Origin: Hydrolagus affinis | Lineage: Eukaryota | NCBI GenBank assembly: GCA_012026655.1 | Contig: JAAILG010000286.1 | Span: 62,001-114,730, forward strand | Length of the DNA stretch: 52,730 nt | Direction: 5' to 3' | Shown here: positions 42,791-52,730 of the stretch, piece by piece | Layout of the letters: each line of letters opens with the position of its first letter | Position numbering within the stretch: the first letter of the stretch is position 1 | Notes under the pieces: model-generated | The model's database searches: none | What the model was told of the DNA's origin: nothing | The model's input: only the letters and a program-made list of their open reading frames with translations | Translations under genes and position numbers: made by a program

Positions 42791-44059
42791 AATTTCATCC
42801 AACAGAGTAGTGGCTTCACTTTGTTCTCAGGAACGTACAGAATACAAGTGGACAGATTTCTTGGGAACAGGACTATAATTTATTAATTTATTAAATCATT
42901 CTTCCCTGCACTTCCCTTTCACCTGAGCTGAAGAAATACATTCCCAAGCTCAATACATTCCCAACAAACAACAACACATTACAAAACCTTCTTAAGAGAG
43001 CGTAAATTATAAATACAAAAAATCTCCCCTCCGATCAATTGTGAACATTTTATTTGGGACATGGTACACTTGCATCTAGCAATATTGAAATGCTCACAGG
43101 GAAATACAATATTAAAAAATTAATCTCCTTCAAAAGCGCTCTATAAATGTAATTTTGTTGTTGTTGTTGCTGCACCTTTCGGTCAGTGTGATACTAACCC
43201 ATACAGACCAATCGCACTTAACTAATTTTAGCTTGGATGACAACTGGGACCCTACAATTCATTTATGCACCCCTTAGGCTAAGGAACAATCAGCCAGGGT
43301 TCACTGCTACTCAATGACCCAGCTCGAAAGAGTATGTATACATTTATATGTTGGAAATCTTAGATCAGAAAGCTGTAGAAGAAACATTTTTTGAAAAACG
43401 GAACATTAGTTATTCAGTACATATTCAGCTTCAAAGATATAATTTCTAAAGCAAATTACAATACAAGGCCACAATAGCCGAATTAAACCTCAGTGTAAAT
43501 GTGTGATGTAACCTCTTTGTAGATCATTTGCTGGGAAAACACATTGCTTCGAACAGCGGTATCTTTGTTTAAACAGCAAGTACTGACGACATGAGCTGAC
43601 CTGGTCCATAGAAGTTACTGTGGGGCTCAGAATGAGGGAGCTGCACATCATGAAAGACACAGAGTCATTAACCCCTGGTCCTTCAGTGACCCGATTCAAC
43701 TGTGTATATTAATTCGTCTCTCACAATCCCCAGCCAGGTGCAGTAAATTCAAGAATATTCCCCAGGATTAAAGAATTTGTAGAATTAAATAGGTAAACAA
43801 TATAAATCCTAATTCATTGGATTTTTTGTAGTGGTTACTGATGACGAGATTCTGCTTATTAAAAAATTACATTGATCAAAACAGTCGGTGGTTTTGTAAA
43901 ATCCTATAGATGCCAACACGAATACTGGATTAATGGATACAATGTGCTCTTGGAAATAAAAATAGGTGTCTGACAGGCAGGCAATCGACCAGTAAAAATT
44001 GTTTTTATTTATGTTTATTTGTGCATCCCATCTAAACTGATATGTCAACTACGTGCGAT

Positions 44060-44245
44060 ATGCTCTGTCGTCTGGCTGCAATCATCCAGAACTCCATAGC
44101 CCAGTCTCTCCTGCACAACCCATCACATTTTATTGCTTGTGTCTTTGGCAGTCTCCCGCCACCTCATTTCCCTCAGTGTTCAGGTTCAAACTATGTGCTC
44201 ATCAAACGCTTTGAGGTGAAAGGAGCCATATGTTTACAAATTGTG
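44060..44245 (+). mobile_element. Degenerate L2 3' end
   Basis: atccagaactccatagcccagtctctcc ... aaacgctttgaggtgaaaggagccatat. Confidence 0.55.
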
Positions 44246-46224
44246 GTTCCTGCCTGTGAACACCATTACAATTCTCAGTGCTCAAGTGTTTTGTGTTTAA
44301 GAGAGTTAGACCTGTCACAACATGATGCTTGCTATTACAAATTGGTAATAAAAGCACTATGATGTATCAATTTGGAACAATTATAAAGCTGTTGTTTTTA
44401 TTCTTGAAGCTTTCAATTCTCCATTCCAAGATTTTAAAGCTTAGGATGTCAGGGTAGTTTTGAAGGCAACATGAGAATTAAGGTTGGGTTTACTGTGATA
44501 CTAACTTATACTCCTCTACCTGCTACCTTTGCTCAGCTGGTACAGGTCTGCTGTAAGTCATACCCTACACAACTGGTGGCTGGGCTTTCAGCCACTATGC
44601 CTCAAATCTCTTATCCACCCATCTTCAAACCAAGCCACACCACCAGGACTGACTAATCATTGTGGTTCATCTACCCACTTCCTGAGTGAAAAAACCCACA
44701 TTATTTTAACTCTTATCCCTTAATCAATTTCTTCACTAAAGTTTTGCAATAGCTGAGGCAAACTGCTTTGACCTTCTCTCTGGATAGTTAATTTGCCACT
44801 CTGGGTTGAATAACTGAAATCGATTCTGCTTGCCCTTATATTTTTTTGAGAAAAATTGAGTGCCAAGTATTATTCCTGTATAAACAAACACTTTTGGGGG
44901 AACAATAATGAAATGGACTGGCGGGCATTTAGGGTGAGGCAAAGCTACATCTTACAAAAGAACACTCCCAAGGCAGTGAATCACATCGGGTAATTGGGCT
45001 GGCCAAGAATGACAACAGTCAAAATTCGGTTGAATTGCAATTCAATAGTGTGCAATTAAATAATAATTGGATTTGATTTGATATATCAGTAACAAAAGCA
45101 CAGACCAGTACCAAGATACCTGGTCTCCAGCCATGTACAGTAACCTGGCTAAACATATAATTATGCTCTAATAGTTTAATGGTTTTACAGCACTTTGGTA
45201 TTGCAAGGTGCCATGCAAATGTAATTTTGTTGTTGTTTTATACTACAGGTCATTCTCCTGTGGCTCAGTGGCTTCAGGAAGGATCTGGGTGTAGAGTTTT
45301 GGCTTGCATTTTCAGGTGCAGATTGTGCATAAATTGTAAATTTGGATGAGGAGGGAAGAGGGAAAGAAAGGAAAGCATTCAGTTAATCTACAAAGTTTTT
45401 TTAATTAAAAAAAGTATAAGTATGTTCAGCTTGATAACAGCTGAAACATTGCAAATACTGTACTATGTTAGGAAATAGCTTGTTTAAGTTGCATCATTCA
45501 TCTGAAATTCACACACTAGCACTGTGTTAAACACTGCTGCCCTTAACTTCATCTGGTCTTCCAGTAATCAGGAGAATACTGAGACTTAGACAAAACTGAT
45601 CAGTTTCAACAATTTAAGCAGTATAACATAAGACATATACAATTCTGAAGCAGAACTTCACTCTTGTTGCAAAAAGATCAGCAGCTTAACTGGACATCAG
45701 CTTGATTGGAAACTACCTGACTTGTATGCAGATACAACCAAAGACAACACTCTAGGAGCCAAATTCTGACAGAACTGGTTAGACCACACAGGCAGAAGTT
45801 TCTACAAACTTGCTATTAGTTTAAGAGTGAAGCTTCTCACTAATCTGAACTTCAGTATCAAGCTAAGTTCCCGCGTTCACCTTTTGTGCTACTACCTTCA
45901 GACATGACCGTTTTTAGCATGGAATAAAGTCATGTTACCAAACAATTCCTGAAATGACCTTATGTCATGGTTCAAAAATATATATTTTTTAAATTGCATG
46001 CTTTTATTGGCTTCACAATAGTTAATAATTACACTGGCAACTTGACTATGGTTTAATTAATTGTTTGTTCTGTGAGATAAACACTAAACAAAACAAAATT
46101 TATTTGATTTAATGTAAACTGTAAAATGAGACATTTTGGTATTCTGCACACAAATGTTGTGAGTAAACCTTTCAATTTATTTGATCTATTACATCGTTTG
46201 TCAGCTACACTTAAGGATTTACAG

Positions 46225-46353
46225 TTCTCTTCGACCGCGCTTTTGATCACCTTTCTGCCCCTGGCTCGGTCCCGGGATCCGCTATTGTAAAGCACTCTGA
46301 GACACCGTCCGGCGTGGAGAGCGCTATATAAATCGAAGTTGTTGTTGTTGTTG
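46225..46353 (+). mobile_element. Young-looking L2 3' stub with (TTG)n tail
   Basis: CpG-retaining ctcttcgaccgcgcttttgatcacc...gagacaccgtccggcgtggagagcgctatataaatcgaag(ttg)n. Confidence 0.8.
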
Positions 46354-49300
46354 CACTGTACTTCATTTAAACAGCAGCATTCTGTTCTACCCCACCTCCC
46401 CCTTTAAGGAAGGAAATTCTGTTCCTTGCATAAAGGACTCTGTAACCTTGTGGAAACATCAACAAGAATGCATGACTTCTTGATTAACTCCAAACGTACA
46501 AAAAAAATCAATTGCTTGTTCATAAAGATTTCTACCAAGTGATGATTATAGAATATGTTTTAATTATTGTGGTTCTCAATAAAGCTGCATGTTTTCTGAT
46601 CTTACCCAAGGTTACATTGGCAAATAAAGTGATCAAATGAAACTCAACATAAATCCAGATCACATGTAATCACACATCCCAGTTTGCTGCCTAATAGACT
46701 CATCCCTAAAAAAAGGGTCTATTCTCAGATGCAAGTTGCTTAATTACATTTTAGTCAATTTTAATCAAGTTCTATATGTGCATACTACATGCAGGATTGT
46801 ATTCACGCCACGAAGAGTCAATTGACTGGTCATTGGTGAAAATCTGAAGGGATGATGTTCTAAATTACTTGAAAAAAGAAATAATCCAGACAACAGATGG
46901 GCAGACTGTATAGTTCCATAATATAAATCTCCCTGCTTCTCTGATACATTTGTGACGAGGATAACAGGAGAATTAGACAAGAATAATCCTTTCAATAGAT
47001 GGACAATTATACTTCTTTACTGAACTGGATGAAATTTAAATCAATTGCTTTAAATTAGGTATTTTTCAATAACTTTATGTGCAATATTGTCTTGCAAAAG
47101 CTTCACCTATGCTACGACTCAAAAAAATGAATGATTCATTTGATTCAATCCTTCAGAACCAATATTACAGGGCGTCCGTTGTCCAATGCCATTAAGCAAT
47201 GAGAATGCTTTCTTGCACAACAGAATGTTCACACATTACAAAATGTTCTAACTGAACCAAATTTGTTTCTGGCAGGAGACTTTATCATCAACACTCCAAA
47301 ATCTTATTACAATCTGTTCCATACAATCAAGAGTCTGTTGTCCTGATAAATATCTCGAATTGCTTATCATACCAAGGAACTGCAGTAATGAAGTGGTTTA
47401 TTTTTCATCTAATGTACCTTGTCCTTGCTGGTGGATTATTTTGGGGGAGGAAGGATGGATAAGATTGAACTAAATTTGTCCTGGAAAATCAGAAATCTGA
47501 AAAAAAAATGCTATTCGCTAAAGAGATTCAGTGGAGAAAATGATAACAATAAAAAAATCACAGCCAAGCCCAATCATGTCCTCACATGACTTGGAAAGCA
47601 AGCATGAAACTTGTCTATTTTCCCCATCCCTAATTTAGGAGTAAGGAAGCCAACTAAATCACCAAGATCATTCTAGTTGAGTTCAGATAACTGGAATTTA
47701 GCCATCACTCACTACAATACAAAACAATGCATAGTACCCGTAAAGAAAAGCGCCTTGATCGGTCACTGGTTGGAAGCACTGCATGGCTTTGTAATGACTG
47801 GGAGACAAAGAAGATGTGAATGCCTGAACAGGGTAGATCAATGAGCAGTACTGACTCTGCTTTAATACTGCCTACCTTTGAAAATCCTACTGACATGTGC
47901 TACATAAATTCACACATGAACAGCATTCAATTGAGCAAGGTACCAGAGGGCATCTACGGTGTTCTCAAATTTTGGCCCCACATGAATAGTGTTTTAAAAT
48001 TTTGATTCCTAAAAATTGATTTCCGATTTTCATTCAATTTCAGAATGTTCGGTTAACAAAATGCAACTTGAGTCTAAGAATATCTGCATCCAATTAATTA
48101 GGTTAACTAATTCCAACAATTTTAACAATGTATAACATCCTTGATTTAGATCAGTACTCAACACCTGCACAGCACATTAATTACCGTTATTATCAGGTAC
48201 CTCTCACTAAGTGTTTCAATTAGAGCACTGTATTCACATTGCAAGTGCACATCACAAAATTGGCAATTCCGAGCAAGCAGTCATCCCAATATTCTACAAA
48301 GTATTTGACTTAACACAAAGACAATTACTACATTTGATTTATGGTGCAATCTTACAAAAAAAATTACAATTTTAAACAAGCATTTATACAATCTGAATAG
48401 ACTTCTTTACCACTGATTAAGGTTTCCTTGCGCAAATCCAGAATAGAATTAATATTGTGAATATCTTAAACAGGGTGAATATAGTGGAAATCAATTAAGC
48501 CAGACACATTGGGGAAGGCCACTTTTCCGGCTTAAGAGGTGTCCGAGGTTAGCCAAAATACCATTTCAGTATAGCAGAGGAAGCCGCTGACACCGTATAA
48601 TAATGTTGTTTCACTGGTAGCAATGTTAACCAACCTGTTCAGTATTCAGTAAAACATATGTACCTTTGCACTACATACAGTACGTATACTTTCCCGCCTT
48701 GCTAAGGAGCAATGCTTCCTCCCTCCCATTATCATTCCCATTGGAAGGGAATGGGTCTGATAAGCGGTAGATAATTGACTTGTGAATTGATGGGCTCATA
48801 AGAGGCCCAACTGTCAAGCAATCAAGATTTTTCTTCTTTGTTCTTCCCTGTTCCTCTACCTCCACTCACAGCCTGGATACCTCCACCTTATGAACAGCTG
48901 GACTCCGCTATCAATCAACCACCATTTGACGCCTCCCATTCACTCCCATCATTCTTGCCTGTTCCTCCTCCCCGCTCACTAACTGATAGCCCAACTCCAG
49001 CCACAGTTGTCAATCACACTTTGACTCCACCAGTCTCTAGTGGCTGAAGGCCCGAGTGTCTACATTCAGCGGCCACTACTGCAGCATTTTGCCCGAGTAA
49101 CCGGATTTGCATCTGCCATGTTTAACACAGGTAGGAGTACAAATGCATTGGAGCTGGGCATTTTGTCCAATTTAGCCGATGTCAAGGGTTAACCGGAGTC
49201 CGGCAAAAGCAGATGCCACTGTATTTTCTTGTGCCATTCTACCACTTTTTAAAAATATAAAACAACATTTATTTATCAAAGAGACTGATGCTGTACAAAT

Positions 49301-51941
49301 TTTACTTCAGAAAAGAATTCAACAAAACATCAGTTTTAAACTTAGTTTTTTTTTAGAAACCTACCATGAACCCTTTCTGGTCTTCATCTTAACACTAACT
49401 ACCACAACTGATCTGATGAGGTGTTTATTCTCCGCAGTAATTTTCTCTCAAACTTGACACCATAGAAATCCCTTGTCTACTTGTTCTAAAAATTAGGAAA
49501 TATTCCAGTTCTAAAGCTATTGCTACAAAGTCTGGTAATGTTGAAAATCTCAGGTTACAAAGTCAAAAGAAATTTTCTGAAAATCATACCACATTATTTA
49601 CCTATATTGTCTTTATATGGCAATTTGACAGAATTTGTTTGCAAATAGTAGCTACATGTCTCTTTCAACGTTGAAGAATTTTGTGTACAGGTACAATGGT
49701 TCTATCATGTACTTAACATGTTGGGAGTATCAACCAATTCACACATTAAATGCCTCCCCACCACCCCGAAATCAACACCTGCAAATAACACTCATCCATT
49801 AATTAATGTTAGCAATGATCTGAAACCTCCTTGACTTCAATATCTGACTACTCTCATAGCTTAATTTGAAGAAAATTAAATAGGTATTTTCAAATTGCAT
49901 TCTAACAGAAATTCAGAAAATGATTATGATGGACCCTTCAGATGTGTTATTCAAAACAAACATTACAGAGAGGAGAAAACAAACAATTGTAGTATAGAAC
50001 CATCAAAAGAAGAACCCATGAGGGGAACAAACGGTGTACAAATGAACTTAAAAAACCTCAACAATTTATACAAATTAAATAGAATTGTAAAAAAATTTCT
50101 ATTGAACAAAACTGACCGGCTCCACTGCTATCTCTGGCTTGGTTGCGCAAGACCCCATTCTTTACTGTACAACACCAGGTAGTGTGAGCAGTACACACAA
50201 AAATTAGATTGATTCAAGTTGAAATCCAGACAAAGCATGATTTTGGTTTCAATAACATAATTTGTGTACTATACCACATAAGTGACGTGGGAGATTCCAC
50301 CTATAATAATATCCACGGCCAGTATAACAGGACAGCAACTTCTAGAGCAGGCGCTGAATGGAATTGTTACCAGATTGAAATGAACAGGAAGCTCATTTGC
50401 TGACCAATACATTATAATTCCTAAAACAAATGAACTGTACAAAACTTCAAATGAATCCAAACTATGCTTTGTTACAGGAATGTCACAAAATCTGTTGCAA
50501 TACTACAATTCTTTTTTAAAGACAGTGACTATCACAGAATCTCATTTTACAATGCGGGGCAAAGTAGATGAATATAAGTTCTTTGCCTTACTGGGGAAAG
50601 GCAGGGAAATGGATTTTAAACAATCTGCTGATAGAACATACCTGAATTTTCTCTGCCTATTCCTTTCCTCAGCAAAATGTATTAAACATTATTATGAATG
50701 CCACTTGAGAACATTGTACATGAAGTTATGTGCAAATATTATCAAAAAATATTGAATTATACTGTCCACAATATATTATACAATGTCATCACCCATCACA
50801 TTTTTACATTAAATATACATGATGTAGAATCAGTGATAACAGATTGTTATGCTTTGATATTTTGCAGCAGTGTAAATAATCGATAAGCTGTGAGTACAAC
50901 AGCTGTCCTTACCAGATAAAATCAAATTGCTACCTTTAACAATGCAATTTTCCATTTAATCAAGGGTGGGCAAATCATGTCACCTTTATACATATTACTA
51001 GAGTAATAATTACTGTGACTCAATCCAAGTCTACCATTTACTGTTCAACTTTCGCAAACCAGTTAAATGCTATACACCCAAATTTCCACCCCTACACAAC
51101 ATCTCGCAAGATCGCTCAAAATACCGCATTATCAAATGGATTTTTAGAATACAAAAGAGATGTTGACCACCATCTTCCTTTTATCTTGCTCGTCACACAT
51201 CCACATCCTCGCGAACCCGGGCTGGCAATACCATCAGTGTTCCACAGCAATAATAATGGCCAGTCGCAGAACCAAATTGCACCACACGAGAGGAATAATC
51301 AAGATAGTTAATGGGATACTTTATTCACCAGAAAGGTCCCACTTTACCGAATCCTGACACTTCAGTACCTGTCGTCCCACGGCATAGTCCATGAGAACAA
51401 ATATCGTCACCATCATGCTTGCTACAAATTTCAACCGGTCTCGTATATTCTTGATGGTCTCACGCAACACAATGGCATAGCTATCAAAATAGGCAGCACC
51501 CATTAATCTCAGGATCAGGGCAGGGAAAAGGGGAAACAATGTAATCTACAATCCCAATTTACAGAATGTATAATGTCCACTCCTACATCAAATTTGAAGA
51601 ATTACCGTACACCATAAACTCTTAACACAATGTGAAATTAAGCTTTCATTAAAATTGAATTATTTGCTGATGAAATTCAAAGTATATACAACATTTCAAA
51701 GGACCATAAGAAAACTGACGGAATCAGCAGATGACCGTACCTTATTGATGGCTGATTTCAATACAATGTTTTCAGAGTTTGCAAACATTTTACTTTTGAC
51801 AACAAACAATCTCTTTTCAGAAGGTTTGTGAGATCGCAACATTTACATTGAATACAGAGTTTCAACTCACTGTTGAATTCCTCCACGCTTATACAGTACC
51901 TCCAATGAATTGATTATAGTTTCGACCGAAGTATCACAACA

Positions 51942-52267
51942 GGAGTCCTGTAGCTCAGTGGTTAGAGCACTCGCCTTCCAAATGAGAGATCCGAGTTTGA
52001 TTCCCACCAGTGCGAAACCTTAAACAAGTTTCCTTACTCCATACTCCTGACAATAATCCCTCAAAAATATAATAAATTGGTCACTTCAATCCACGACTGT
52101 TTGTGGGGACACCGCTGTGCGCAATTGGCTGCTGCGTTTCACCCACAAATATACAGTCACTTTACGGTATATTCTGTGAAGCGCTTTGAGGTGTCTAGAA
52201 GACATGAAAAACGCTATATCAAATGCATATTTGATATATCAAATGCAAATGCATATTATTATTATTA
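51942..52267 (+). mobile_element. Full-length tRNA-derived SINE
   Basis: A box TAGCTCAGTGG, B box GTTTGATTCC; colinear with 33748-34081; (TTA)n tail. Confidence 0.92.
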
Positions 52268-52653
52268 CGTAAATATTTGCATCCATTAGCAAACCAAAAC
52301 GCCCACTAAACATTGAAGGGGGTGGGGGGGGGAAAGAAGGAGAGTCTCTAGTTTTAAGGAAAAGCTTTCATGCACGTATGTATTTTTAAAAAAGTACCAA
52401 AAGTTTTACGTTGATGATACAAGAGCAGACAGGCAAGTGAAATTCACCAGAGCCTATTGAAAACAAAACACAATCCGGTCAGGGCCTTTTTTTAAAAAAA
52501 AACACCCACACCCACACAATAACTCCTCGTCTTTTCTGGGGTTCAGATCAAAAAGTATCAGAAAAGATTAGTCAGACCGTGACAAATCCCAAACCCTCAC
52601 AACACGCACAGACACAGCCCTCGCGCCTCGTTTTGCAATAAATAAATCATATC

Positions 52654-52670
52654 TATATATATATATATAT
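52654..52670. repeat. (TA)n microsatellite
   Basis: tatatatatatatatat. Confidence 0.8.
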
Positions 52671-52730
52671 TCTTGAAAACTTTTTATTAAAAAAAACTCA
52701 GCGACGACAGAGCCATATGGTTTATATGTG

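Noticed and set aside
33000-52730. PALS1 upstream non-coding exons (donor-like sites near 36740, 48663 and 51740)
   Set aside because: No acceptor/donor pair can be supported without transcript data; exon 1 probably lies beyond the window end.

Overview
Vertebrate genomic DNA, most likely a cartilaginous fish. Compact introns and the SINE/L2 content suggest elephant shark or a relative, but that is inference. It holds three spliced genes in the same order and orientation as human 14q23.3. EIF2S1 (eIF2-alpha, minus strand) has non-coding exon 1 plus six coding exons, with its last exon lying left of the window. ATP6V1D (V-ATPase V1 subunit D, plus strand) is complete, 9 coding exons and 246 aa, head-to-head with EIF2S1 across a CpG-rich promoter. 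PALS1/MPP5 (minus strand) is complete, 13 coding exons and 674 aa, tail-to-tail with ATP6V1D; its long 5' intronic region fills the last 20 kb. All introns between coding exons are GT-AG. Introns carry tRNA-derived SINEs, DeuSINE-like relics, many L2 3' stubs, CR1 and RTE fragments, and two copies of a TA-flanked MITE. The most unusual non-genic signals are a Penelope-type inverted element with two degenerate hammerhead-ribozyme cores, a perfect 53-bp palindrome with a nested hairpin, an NRF1/alpha-Pal site in the shared promoter, and a uORF cluster ahead of the PALS1 start codon. I found no convincing novel multi-gene system.
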